The notes under the pieces were generated by a model that did not search any database, was not told where the DNA came from, and was given only the letters and a program-made list of their open reading frames with translations. From Ophelia neglecta (lineage: Eukaryota): a stretch of 64,000 nucleotides of DNA. Of this stretch, positions 23,820 to 36,297 are shown in pieces; position 1 is the first letter of the stretch; each line of letters opens with the position of its first letter. The position numbers and the translations under genes were made by a program. The stretch lies in NCBI GenBank assembly GCA_965285935.1, contig OZ260661.1, positions 88,598,001-88,662,000 on the forward strand, given 5' to 3'.

Positions 23820-26800
23820 CTACAGAGCGCCAAAGCCGGCGCTGGAGAGCTCGTGGAAGAGGGAGTCAGGGTCGGTTGCCCACTGGAGTGAGTTGACCTT
23901 CCTCTCCAACTCGTCGTCCCAATAGACGATTGGAAGGCCTCCTGATTCGGTGCTCTCGGCGGGGGAGCGAGGCATGTCCAAGCTGGACGGCGAGCCCATG
24001 TTGGGATTTCCTGGATAGGGCGGCGGGGGTGGCAGTGAAGCAAACAACTGGTTCAGATCCCGGGGGCTAGGGGTAGATCGGACCGGAGTGTGCGCCCTCA
24101 GGTGCTGAGGCGACGGGGCAGGCGATACGTAGCTGTTCATAGATGCAGGAGGCGTTACATTCTGGCATGGAAAGTGCGCGGGTTGAATTGTCAGCTTGTG
24201 CTTGTGTGCTTTGGCCAACGAGTGGCTTTGGAATAACTGTTGAATTCCTGGCAGTTTAGTGGTGTTTGCTCGACCTTGCATCAGACATTTCTGTATGGTA
24301 GGGCACCTGTCGGCTATGGACAATCCTTTCTTCTCACAGGACATCATCATTGGAGTCCGGGCCAAAGCGCTCCTGATGGTCGGGGCGAAGGATGTTTCAA
24401 ACGGAGGCAGAATAGACTTCTCGGACAAGAATGCTTTGGCGTTCCCAGCAATGCCTTTGTCGGGGTTTTCACGTTTGATAGGGGCGACTCTGGCAGTTGG
24501 CACTGTTGATTGACCGGAATTGGTCAGCACGGTCTGTCCGGGTCTGATCTCCGGCGCCCGACTTGAAATCGGGGGTAGGCATTTGGCACTGTCGACCTCG
24601 CCGTTGACGTGGGTCTGAGAGATGACTTGTTGGGTGTTGTTCTGAGTTCTGGCAGTTACTTGGTTGCCGTCGACGTTAGCTGTAGCGGAGACTGCGGGGC
24701 CGAGGATGGAGGCCGTGGCCAGCATCAACTCCCCGTTGTCACCAAAAGTGGCATGAGCAGTGACTTTGTTGTTGGCGACCATGGCCTGGGCAATTATCTG
24801 ATTGTTGGTCACCTGGGCGTGCGCTGACACGTAGTTGTTTCCAATGGTGGTGGAGCCGTTCTGTTGAGCCATGATGTAGTCTTCAGGCCGGGACAATCCT
24901 AGAAACCCCCCGTCTTTAACCGCCTTCTCACACGGTCCGCGATGACGATGGCCCCAAAGGTTCTCCCTCGTCTTGAAACTTTTTCCACATTCGCACATGA
25001 ATGGTCTATCAGTCGAATGGATTCGCTCGTGGAGTCGAACTGCAGAGGAATCTTTGAACTTTTTGCCGCAGATACTGCACTCACACGGGTACTCATCGCT
25101 GTGGCGGTAAAGGTTGTGCTTCTTCAGATGAACCTTCAATTTAAAACCGATGTCGCAAACATCGCATTTGTATGGACGCGCTTCGCTATGAGTAACCATG
25201 TGCTTATCAAAAGCGGCAGACGATACGAACTGCTTGCCACATCTTTCGCAGGTAAAGCGTTTCTTGCATGTTCCCCCATTCGCCAGTGGCTGCCCAGACC
25301 CTTGGTCGCTGAGAGTGCCAGCAGATTTGGGTGAGAGATCTTTATCGGCGAAGTCGTCTAGACTGCGCTCGCTGTCCATACTGCTGTCGAAAGAGGCGTC
25401 AGATGTCATGGCGGTCAGCTCGTAGTCAGGAAGAGCAATCTCCGGCTCAACCTTCACCACTGAGAGAGGAGGGTCGGCAGCCGACTTCAGCATGGCGCCG
25501 GGCGGTGAGTAGGGGTGGTAGTCGACTGGTGGCATGGGCGGCTGCTCCACCTGTATTCTCATCGTACTTCGGTTGGCGAGGTCCTGAACGGTGATTGGGA
25601 TCTGGAGCGAAGGCTGCACAGGAAGCTGCACGGGAAAAAGAGTGACCTTCTGCTGGCTGGCCTGGGAAGGGACCACGTCTGGTTTAGACGCTTCACTCAC
25701 ACACTTCTCCTCGAGAGCGGATTTTTTGGACTCTTTTTTGCTGCCGCTTGGTTGGCGACCGCGTTTAAATCTGGCTGGCGGATTGGCCGTTCCCCACAAA
25801 GCTTGACCGCAGGTCTTTGACCGATTCTCGTGATGCCAGAGACATTCGCTTGTCTTGAAGGTCTTGGCACATCTTCGGCATGCGTACGGACGTACGTCAG
25901 AATGAATCCGCTCGTGGGCTCGTACTGCGGTCGAATCCTTGAACCGCTTGCCACAGACGCGACATTCCTCCTTCAGCTCTGTGCTGTGCTTGAAAAGCTG
26001 GTGCTTTTTGAGATGATACCTTTCTTTAAATCCGATACAACACACGTCGCAGACAAAGGGCCGTTCGTCTGAGTGTGTACGGATGTGATTTTTGTAGTTT
26101 GAGTTCTGAGCGAAAGTTTTGTTACATATTTTACACGTCCACTGGGAGTTGGTGCCCGTCTTGGTCCTCTTCACCGGCGGCTCCTCCTCCATGTCCGTCA
26201 CTACCTGAGGAAGGTTGTCCGGCAGGCCCGAGGCTCGGTGAAGAGCCATGTGCATGCTCAGGTACTTCTCTCCTGGAAAGTCTTTGCCGCAGATGTTACA
26301 GAGAAGCACAACTTTTCCCGCCTTGCCCTGTTTCTTGGTGACAAAGGCGGATGAACCAAGGGCATCCAGTTCTTCCGGATCTAGTTTAGGCAAAGGATTT
26401 AAAATGCCTAAATCAACGAAGTTCTGGTACTCCGCCATGTCGCTTACTTCCTCCTGTTTAATCCGGGTGATCCGCCTCTTACGTGACTTGTCGCCGTTGG
26501 CCCCCTGGCTGTCGGGGTGACTCTCCTCCTCCAGCCAAGTCTTCCAAGCCGGAGTCTTCCCGAGCAGACGACTACTTTTCCGCACGTTGCGTTCCTCCTC
26601 TGACAGATCGTCCTCGTCAATGTCTGCATCAGAGGAGTCGTGGGCTAGAACGCTGTTCAGGTGCACGCTCTCCAGCCTTGAATACATCGGCTGGTCTCCT
26701 AGCTCGGACGGAGCCTCAGTCTTTATGATAATACGGCCATTGACCTGACTCGTATCCATGCTTACCTCCGGTTCCAGTTTCTGCGGCTCGGACTTACTTT

Positions 26801-27287
26801 TCACCGTGATGGTGATTGTCTTCGCGGGAGCGACTTCTGCTAGTTTTGTATCTGACGATGCTTGCTTAGTTGAGGTAATGGTGAACACTTCCGTCGTCGA
26901 GGTGGCTGGTATTTGATTAATATTTTGTGGCACACTATTGTCTACATGTACATTGTCTTTGCCGGTTTGATTGGGCTCGAGATTCTCTTTAGCGGGATCC
27001 TCATCGCTGCTCGTCGGCACTGGCTCTGGCACTAGCAGGGCCTTGACGCGTTTGCCACTGCGCAGAGTGCGTTCTGTCTTGAGATTGGCAAATGCGGTTT
27101 TGGTTTCCAGGTGCACGCTCATGTGCATAGTAAGCGTGTTGTGATTTCCGAAGGTCTTGCCGCAAGTCTCGCACTTGTAAGATTCACGACTCGAATGGGC
27201 AACGTCCATATGGCGCTCGTACGGGTGTTTGCGCTTGAATGTTTTGCCACACGGACAAACAAAGGCTGGGGCGATACTGTCCTCCAT
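23820..27287 (-). CDS. C2H2 zinc-finger transcription factor, 1155 aa, 11 fingers (2+1+4+4), single coding exon
   Basis: 3.47-kb ORF. The true start is probably ATG 27287 in an ideal Kozak context (GCCGACCATGG); the track's 27296 start is GTG. Fingers such as WTCKICNKTFAQNSNYKNHIRTH have SDERPF/SDVRPY/STDRPF linkers. The acceptor TTTTCTTTTATTCCAG places the exon start at 27404. Confidence 0.96.
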   Translation of the reverse strand: MEDSIAPAFVCPCGKTFKRKHPYERHMDVAHSSRESYKCETCGKTFGNHNTLTMHMSVHLETKTAFANLKTERTLRSGKRVKALLVPEPVPTSSDEDPAKENLEPNQTGKDNVHVDNSVPQNINQIPATSTTEVFTITSTKQASSDTKLAEVAPAKTITITVKSKSEPQKLEPEVSMDTSQVNGRIIIKTEAPSELGDQPMYSRLESVHLNSVLAHDSSDADIDEDDLSEEERNVRKSSRLLGKTPAWKTWLEEESHPDSQGANGDKSRKRRITRIKQEEVSDMAEYQNFVDLGILNPLPKLDPEELDALGSSAFVTKKQGKAGKVVLLCNICGKDFPGEKYLSMHMALHRASGLPDNLPQVVTDMEEEPPVKRTKTGTNSQWTCKICNKTFAQNSNYKNHIRTHSDERPFVCDVCCIGFKERYHLKKHQLFKHSTELKEECRVCGKRFKDSTAVRAHERIHSDVRPYACRRCAKTFKTSECLWHHENRSKTCGQALWGTANPPARFKRGRQPSGSKKESKKSALEEKCVSEASKPDVVPSQASQQKVTLFPVQLPVQPSLQIPITVQDLANRSTMRIQVEQPPMPPVDYHPYSPPGAMLKSAADPPLSVVKVEPEIALPDYELTAMTSDASFDSSMDSERSLDDFADKDLSPKSAGTLSDQGSGQPLANGGTCKKRFTCERCGKQFVSSAAFDKHMVTHSEARPYKCDVCDIGFKLKVHLKKHNLYRHSDEYPCECSICGKKFKDSSAVRLHERIHSTDRPFMCECGKSFKTRENLWGHRHRGPCEKAVKDGGFLGLSRPEDYIMAQQNGSTTIGNNYVSAHAQVTNNQIIAQAMVANNKVTAHATFGDNGELMLATASILGPAVSATANVDGNQVTARTQNNTQQVISQTHVNGEVDSAKCLPPISSRAPEIRPGQTVLTNSGQSTVPTARVAPIKRENPDKGIAGNAKAFLSEKSILPPFETSFAPTIRSALARTPMMMSCEKKGLSIADRCPTIQKCLMQGRANTTKLPGIQQLFQSHSLAKAHKHKLTIQPAHFPCQNVTPPASMNSYVSPAPSPQHLRAHTPVRSTPSPRDLNQLFASLPPPPPYPGNPNMGSPSSLDMPRSPAESTESGGLPIVYWDDELERKVNSLQWATDPDSLFHELSSAGFGAL

Positions 27288-30200
27288 GGTCGGCACTATT
27301 CCTTATTACTGGCTGCTTAACAACTAATCTAACATCCACTACAAACAACAACGAGAAATGCTTCAACATTTCCGCTGTCTCGCCTGCTATCCGTACACTG
27401 ACATCTGGAATAAAAGAAAATAACGACGTTACACTAAACGGTCTAGCTCGATTCACGCTTAATTACAAGGAAATTATCACATGCCAGCGAAATGTAAGAC
27501 ACTGGTTCGCAAAATGCTTACAACACGGTCTCATTATCGAATAATTTGCGATTGGCATAACAGGTGGTAGCAATCTTTACCGTTGCTAGTGTCACTAATA
27601 AGCTAAAGTGAGAATTTCAAATGAATCATAACTGATAATGTCGTTAATTTGTGCGAAAATAACACGTATAGTCTTATGCACAATTCTAATTAGTGTGGGA
27701 TGGACTAGGGTGGAAATGATGTCAAGTTACAAAAAATTATTAACCTGCGCATGGATTCCAAGAAGTTACGTAAGTATTTATATGCGAATAGTGGTATCAA
27801 TTTTATAGGATGAGAATTAGACACCGCGGAAATTAAGATCTTCATAATACGTTTCGGGTTCGTCACTGCAGAGTTAGTTTCATTGCCGGCGCTATTTTGT
27901 TTCGCCAAAACTACTTATGACATGAATACATCGGTGTTAGGTGGTAGTTTTCAAAAAGTGTATATATTGAAAGTGTACATCATCTTTTTTTAATGGCAAA
28001 TGTTTTTCAGTCAACCGGTATAGTGAGGCAGGTTTGCTTTTCTTCATTATCTAGAAGTGGCTCTGCACTCTCAGTTGTATAGGATGTTCCATGCACATTA
28101 ATAAGATAGCAGTTTCATTTTTAACGCAAAATGGATTTAAATCAATAGTTCAATTATATCAAATACGAATAACTATCTAGCTTATAAAGTAAACAGACGT
28201 GTGGTCTACCTAGTCCAAGAACTCTTGCGCTATCCAATTTTGGTGTCAAATAAACAATGAATAGACACCACTTTTGGCTGGCAATTAGTGCAGATAGAAT
28301 AAGAAATATGCAGACATAATTTCAAAAAATAGTTAATCGTCTGTTCAGTGCTTGCCGGTGTATGTCAATACCTAAACGTAGGTTAGCTACGATGCGTGAA
28401 TTCATTATTTAATCTCCTCTATTCCTCCATCTACACTGACTGGCCAACCATCCATGTTCATTGTAAAAGCAGAAATAAGTCTGCACGGATGCTTCATGAG
28501 CCTGAAAATAAGCAAATTTGAAAACCACTTTGTCCACTGACAGCCACAACTACTTAGTAGGACTTCGATGAAAATTAATTGTGCTCATTCAACGCAAATT
28601 TAGCGTGAAGCATGCGATAGTCGGTAAGCATTATGTCAAAGTGAAGGGAAGACGACAAAGAGAACGTTTGGGTAGGCCTAATCATCAGCTCCGTGTGAGG
28701 TATGACAATATGAAAGCAAACAGGAGAGGCAAAGAGAGGCTGCTTTCCAAGTGTGGACGCTTTGAAAACAATCTGATTCATCTCAGCTAATTACTGCAAC
28801 TTAAATCACAGGCTATTATTGATGGAAACTGAATAAAATGACATAAATCAAAGTTTGGATTTAGAAAGAAGATAATCAGACAAGGTAAATGTGTCTATAT
28901 ATTTAATTGGGTAATGTTCCTCCATTTGCTTTGGGCATCTATCAATACGGATTTTGGATATGTGCCATTTAAAACAATTAAATAACGCAAACAAAGCGAC
29001 CATGTTTTTTCTTCTTCAGGAAGGTATCTTACAAAGAAGACTCCATGCGCTAATTATGACACTTACTTTCAAATCTACAGCTACAGGGTACGCAAGCAAA
29101 TAATAACTTGATTACCACAGAGACAGTATATTGCATTCGGTGATCTCATTATTACAAGTAGATTGTAATCAACCATCGATTGGTAATTCTAGAAGAAAGA
29201 CCACCCCAGTGATTTCCCTAAGGGAGCTACAGGATATGAAAAAGACGAGCACTCTGGCGACCACGCCCAAGCGTCCACCTGATTTGACGCCGGGCAAGAC
29301 GCGCCATTCAGTGTCTATACGCTGAGCCTTGTCTCGCTTCTCAGGTAAAGAGCCTCTGTGAACGATGCCGTGTGCTTTTTTCGAGCTACTCGATTACAGA
29401 GAACTATCTGAGGGTTTGTTATGAAGCATGTAAAAACGTTCAAAAAGACGATTCTTCAACAATCCGATATGAAAATCCGTTAAAAAATGCTACGCTTTAA
29501 AATACTATCGTTTTACATCATGTAACATTCTCCCAGTACTAATTGGATGGTACAAATCTATTGCTGGCCAGAAATACACCTACATCAATTTTAAGCTTAA
29601 TTTATTATAGGACCATCTTTCGTGCTTCTGTTTTAATTATCATACTTCCTATGCTAATAGTATGATAATGCATTAACCCTTTCTGTTTTGTTATTTATTC
29701 TGAGATTTTTATGTCAGAATGCATCTGTAGCATGGCGGCTCCTCGACGCAGGCGTGGGACTAAACAATGACGCACCTGGAACCGTTATCACAGTCACAAT
29801 GGCTGCTAAACAATAGAGATGAAACAATGAGAGACATATTTAATTAGGATGATAATAATTATTAGTACCAGCATTCTCTTATGGCGGCTTTAATGATATT
29901 ATCTACGGGTCACCTTGCGAGACTAGATATATCAGCGGCTTTTTCTTTGTTGCAATTCTGTCTTGACGCAGGATTCAACGAGCAAATACATTAAGTGAAT
30001 TTTAGAATGAGATATTTTCATCTATGACTACCTACATAATCCCTTAATTGCATCAAAGTATCTGCCAAAATAGTGCTATCTATCTAAAATCGTCCCTTTG
30101 ATAAATCATATTTAACAAATGGCCAACACCTCTTTGAGCGTATTATGTTCGGAGAATAATTAAATGCTGTTTATTATCTACAGTTAACACGAATAACTGC

Positions 30201-32200
30201 CACTAGGAAAAGAGCTCGGCTTTTATCGCGAGAACCCACTTCAAGACTATTAAGACAAATCGAGAGCCAGGCTTAAACCTGTAATGGCGACGACGATTGA
30301 TAATATCAGAGGGCCTGATTAGATGCCTTACTAATACGGAGAGCTAGTGCATGGTAATAGCACATATCAGCCTCACACATACAATTTACGATGTCTTTCA
30401 GAGTAAACTGCTTCAATATAAATAAAAAGGGCCGAGAAATCAGCTTAATGACACGATCAGCCAGTTAGGTCAATGGGTATATTGATCAGCAAAGGCTGCA
30501 AGAAGGCCATGTTGATGTGTCGGTACGCCCATACAAAGCTAGTCAAATAACTTATTAGTCTTACCTCAGCTTAAAACAAATAAGACAAGGAGCAGACGAC
30601 ACTTGTAACAAGGAGTGTATAACCGAAAAAATAGAAATTTGTTTATTCATCAAACTTAAAGTCATGTATCAGCACGTCTGTAGGTCTTGTTTATGCATGA
30701 CGTAGGCGGATTACCTTGAGAGGCCTGAAAATATGAGGAAGGCCAAATCAAAAACTCATTTTATGACTTACCAAATCGGGATCCAGAATATGTGAAAACT
30801 GAATCATACCGGAACTTTGTACCCTTATATGAAGTGTTGAGGTTAAGGCTGGTGCCGCATGAATTCTTTATTGCCTAATTTTGTATCTTTGTTGACTTCG
30901 GTCCAATATTCCATACTTCAAAATTTTCATGATGATGTCAAACCTTCAGTATTTCCTACCAATATGAAAATGACCTAATCCAAATGGAAGCTTCTTCCAC
31001 TATTTTGAATTTCCATGGCGTCTATCATAAAGACATTACCCCAACATTCTCCGGGACGGTAATTTCCAATAATTTTTACAACAATATCAGCCCTTCGAAC
31101 CGAATGATAAATACTTGTGTAGGAATTTTCCCTGGCTCGCCTTCTCCTAATTGGCTATAGGCCAGTTATATGTATGTATATAGCTTTAACACCCGCTATT
31201 GATTGTACAAAACAAACCCTCTGATTAGACAGTGAAACACGGTTGATAACGTTATGGGACACGCCGAGATTAGGGTGATCATTCCATCTTCACGGACACT
31301 GTATCTAGTCATCTGGACACATCCTGGCCCCTTTATAACAAGCAACCACTTTATCTGGCTCAGTCTAAAACTCACTTCGATTATCTCGTTATCCAATCGA
31401 CTTAAAACAGATGGGTGTTTACAAATATATCGATACGGCTATCGCCAGCGCATCCTCACTCATAGGCATATAAGGACAACGTGCATACTGCAAATTAATA
31501 CTTTTCTGAATATGATGTACAAATTCAGAGCACAGTTATTATTGAATATTGATTCACAACATTTGTATGACAATTGTTTGACAATTAAGAAATTACACAT
31601 GTCTGCCTTGTCCTTTTAAACTTCAAACTTAAAGCCATTTATATAAGCCAGCAACCAGATATCCTGAAACGACGCACGGTACATTCTTGTGATAAAAATA
31701 AATACAGGTCTAGGTCGAGTTGACAAAGGAACACGTCTCCGACTTCCAAGATCTTTGGCCAGTATTCAAAAACATGGATCTTGTGAACTTTTGTCCTGTC
31801 GGTTAACAAACAAGACTGATCCTTGGGCCAGCCTGTAAGGTAGAAGCCGGTACCGGCCTGGACAATGGTGTCGACTCGTAAACAACTGCTCTGTCTAAAA
31901 ACCCAGAGATATTTTATCACTTTTACACATATTTACCAGTGTCGTGCTGGGTAGATAAAGACCTATAGTGTTTGTCCTCAGATAAGGCAGAGCGTCGTTG
32001 GTCGGTGTTTGACGGGGTCAAAGTGCAATCGAGGTGCTTCCTGCCGTAGGCAACGAAGGTTACAAGCATCCAAAGGTAATATATTGCAGGTCTTCCTGAT
32101 ATTGGCATTGAGCAATATTACAACAAGTCATGATAAGATATCTCATGTTTTGATTTTTCAGGCTCTTTGGTGTAGCTTTTAAATTCGCAGTCTACCTTAC

Positions 32201-32231
32201 CTGCTCACATCGCAGGAGCTTTTCCGAAAAT
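32201..32231 (-). other. Candidate 31-nt non-coding micro-exon of the zinc-finger gene 5'UTR
   Basis: Flanked by acceptor CGCTTTCAG and strong donor CAG|GTAAGG on the - strand. Confidence 0.45.
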
Positions 32232-33764
32232 CTGAAAGCGATCTATTCTGTTAAAATCCACCAGTCACGTAATATTAGCTTTATGTTCTAGCTCGACATG
32301 CTTGTCATGGAATAGCGACCAACACGATAAGTCAACAATCCTAACTCACAAGTCGACATACTTAACACCAAAACATCATATCTACGTTTCGGGAGGATTT
32401 TAAGTCGACGAAAGCCGGCTAACTCCCTGCTCAAAATGAAGCCCGTCGGTCTAAGCAAGAAATAACGAGCTGCTCGGCCTTTTTCCTACACTTAAAATGC
32501 CACCATAGACGACCAGAAGAAAATTCGCTAGCTCCGTGTCACGATGTCCATTATGACTTTAAATGGCGGTAGGTCAAGTTCACCGGATGAGTTTCAAAGA
32601 AATACCGCTGACCCCGGTAACCGGTTCGGCCCGCAGCGTTGGAAAGGTCTAATTAGGGTATTAATGTTTTTTGACACGCAATGCGACAAGTATAAATTCA
32701 GAGGCTTGGCTTAAAACAAACCGTGCTTGTTGTAGGCCTACTAGTTACCTGCCAAAGAGAATGAAAAAAAAACAATATAAGCATAACATACCATTATGGC
32801 TATGTTGGATCAAATGATATACCGCCTAGCTAAGAATAAATTAGGCCAACCGTAAAAAAATGCAGGTAAAATACCTCAGTCCATGTACATTTTTATAAAG
32901 TAAAAACAAAAGGAGCCCCCTCCTCCCCCCCCCCCCCCACCCCCACAACCTTCATGGAAAAAGAACACCCCTCACTACCCTCGCTGAAAATAATCGATTT
33001 GACCCTAAAACTTGGAATTGAAATATAAATTTCTCTCGACCTAAATAATAGCGAAATTGTAGCGGTTCTTTTTAATTGATTCGAACCATACTAGTAGTAC
33101 ATAAGACAGTTTAGTTATGGAGTCGAGTGAAGGAAACCAATCAATGCTCGGATACCAGGTTAGGTCAAAAAGATCAACCTGCCAGCGATATTATCAGTGA
33201 ACAGTTCTGAATGCTGCGGTTCTCAAATGAATTGATGATTAAACAATGATATCGGAATGAAGTACATTGCAATGGTTATGGGCTATTGGGGCAGTACACC
33301 ACTCTTTGTATGCACGGATAATGTATATCTTAGACAGGCAAATGCCATGTTAATATCCACTTAATATGCTTCAGGGATAACTTGCCACTACTGAATATTA
33401 TACTCGCTATACTGTACGATTGACTACACGAGTACATAGATAAAAATTCAGGAAATTGGTATATCTACATTATGCTGTATGTACATGCATCAACATCACA
33501 ATGGAGCCATTCTGCTCATATACTTTAGTATTGTGCATTGGGCCAGATTAAGCCTTTCATATTCAGGAAAGCAGATACATGTAACTTCATCGGCCAGAAA
33601 GAGACGATGTTGCATGATTAAACCACATAATAATATGACAACTGTCTGTCCACAATCATACATCAAAATGCGCAGTACCTGGGGCACGTACACCACATAA
33701 CAGTTCGTGCATTGCATATGATTGCAACGATCAAAAAAAGGCATAAACATACACACATAATCCC

Positions 33765-33781
33765 ACACACACACACACACA
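33765..33781. repeat. (CA)n microsatellite
   Basis: CACACACACACACACA read directly. Confidence 0.8.
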
Positions 33782-34573
33782 TATATAGAAAGAGAAACCT
33801 AGCTGTATCTCCTCTAAATAAACAGGCCTTAGGCCTAGGTGTCTATTGTCAGTAGTCTTGTATAGGGCCTGTCTGTTTGCCTTTGATAAAGGCCCAACTA
33901 GATTGTTCATTGGGTAAAAAATAATATGTTAGCCTACAGTTTAAGGCTCAATCTTGTCGAACAAACTCGAGCAGATGACAATGCAAACTGATCATTTAGA
34001 TGTCACTGAATATCAAGTTACCTGCAGAAATTGATAAAAGCCATTTTTATTGTGGTAAACAGGCAGCCCCCAACCCACACGTGGGGCCTTTTACTGCTGA
34101 GCAGCCATATCTCCTTCATTTCAGCTTCCGCCGGCAGGATTCATAACAGGCATTGTTAACATTACCTTCACTTCAGTTTCGCGGAGGTATATAGGTAACT
34201 TGGTGGAAGGACATGCCTTAAAATAGGTCCGTCGGGAAGTGTTTTCCGGCGTAATAATTTCCCATAGCCAGCGTTACCTGATTCGACGGTTCCAGCGGTT
34301 CTAAGACAGGTGACGCCAGCATTAACTGGCAAGCTAGACGGGGATGGGTGGAGTGGCTTTAAAAGAAAACTAACCCAAGAACAAGTGGCTGGCCAGACCC
34401 AGAGACTATTTCGCTCCTATATAAGAACATGCTCAACGCGCTTGACTGAAGAATGATTAAGTCACTCAAATTGTCAAAGTGCTAGTACATAGTAGGATAA
34501 TCGCCTACACGAAAAGGATGACCCAATAAAGAGGCTCAGTGATTTACGAGAAAGCACGACTAGCTACTAGCTT

Positions 34574-34830
34574 GGGGGTGGGGGTGGGGGTAGGGGGTGT
34601 TTGGGGGGTGGGGGGTTGGGGTGGGGGGGGTGGGGGGGGGGGGGGTAGTTCCTTATTGTTTAGACGGGGAGGTGCCGATTAGCGTCTTTATACCCGATGT
34701 GAATCCCGACTTTGGATAACCCACCCATGTTAAGATATGGCAAAAAGGACCTATGCAAAAAGGGTCTGTCGAAAAAAGGCCCCTGATACATGTAAGGGAT
34801 TAGAAAAAAAGACACATCCCTGTATATTGT
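34574..34830. repeat. (G5T)n/poly-G tract followed by a degenerate repeat-derived segment
   Basis: About nine G-runs of 5 or more at 34574-34645, followed by AAAAAGGACC/AAAAGGGTC/AAAAAAGGCCC units reminiscent of the 4.9-5.2 kb element. Confidence 0.65.
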
Positions 34831-36297
34831 ATTAATGGAGCTAACTTTCTAGAGACTTCTTTACAGACTACCAATAGGCACAAATGGCTCTCAAAATAGG
34901 ATACTGGAAAATGAATTGTTCGCGGCACCTTATTTTGGCGGAACAGGAACATTCAATGTTTGCGTCATACTATATTCGCGAATACTGACAGGAGCCCTTG
35001 GATGGTAGGGATACATTCAAATCACGCCGTACCTTATTTATGCGATTAATTCAGTCATTGCGAAACGCGCGATAAAAAAGTATGCACGAAACTTTCAATG
35101 TTGACAGTGACTCTTCCGGTGTACATATTAATCGGGTTAAAAGCATGAACTGAAGGTATGATAAAGTAGGCTGAAGCAAACAGGATAGACAAGCACTTAA
35201 TTGAAGTATCATACTCTACCATAGCTGTATATCTTGTTCTCTGAGCACTAAAGGCAATCGAGGTCTTCTGGCCCAACAACAGTCCGCCGTCAAATGTGAC
35301 CTGCAAGGTAGAAAGCATATCGTTATGACCGAAAGGAATCTAGAAATTGTTATGGGCTAGCTAGTGTAAACAACTCGAGTTTTGCTCCTTTATGCACAAA
35401 AATTGAAGAATCATTACCTAATGTTCGTGCGTAACTCAAACGCTAAGTAGGCCTGTAGGTCTTGTGTTATTTTACCTTCACACTTGAAAAACTTTTACTA
35501 AGAAAATGCTACATAAAACACAGGGGTACGTTACGTAACTCATTTCAACAAGATATGCATATAACTTATAGACCGAGCCATGTTCACTACATATTCATAC
35601 CACTTATCACCTCATGCACATAGAACTCTACTCAATGTTTAAATATCTGTCCACGAACCAGCAGGTCATTAAATCCACGCAAACCGAGGAAGAGTCAATT
35701 TATATTGTCGGAATATATATTGAGTAAATACGTCTGTGGACATTAAACTTGTCTGTGATTAGAGGGTCTAATCGTCAAAACTTGTATGATAAGTCAGTTG
35801 GGGAATGCCCAGTCACTATATATACCAATAAACACTATCTAGAGTGATTGATATATCCGAACCCACCATTGATGGTATTGATGACCCATCTTAACCCTTA
35901 TCTCCCCCCCCCCCCCAAATCACTCGATTTGTCCATTATACTGATGTAAAGTCACACGTAGGCCTGGACAGACCTGCCCAGGATGGTTTAGTTGCCGTAG
36001 CCTCCATTTTAAGATGGTTGTTTTTTCCCCTGTATTATTTTTTTGGTATAATAGGGACACAAACAAAATAAAAAAATGAAGGCAATGAATGGATTAATGC
36101 TGGTGCAATCAGTTCTATAGATAATACAGGCCCATTTGGTATGTATATCAAAGAAGTGACAAACATTGAAAAGAATTTCCGGCTTAATCGATAGAAATAA
36201 ACACTGATGTTTGATTCACCAGCAATGAATCGTCTATGACAAAATAGCATCAAACGACAAGGAATATGAGCTATACTTTTCATTATCACGGCAGGTA

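Noticed and set aside
23725-27544. Many + strand and alternative-frame ORFs over the zinc-finger CDS
   Set aside because: Antisense or frame shadows of the long ORF; only the 27369-27184 uORF was kept.
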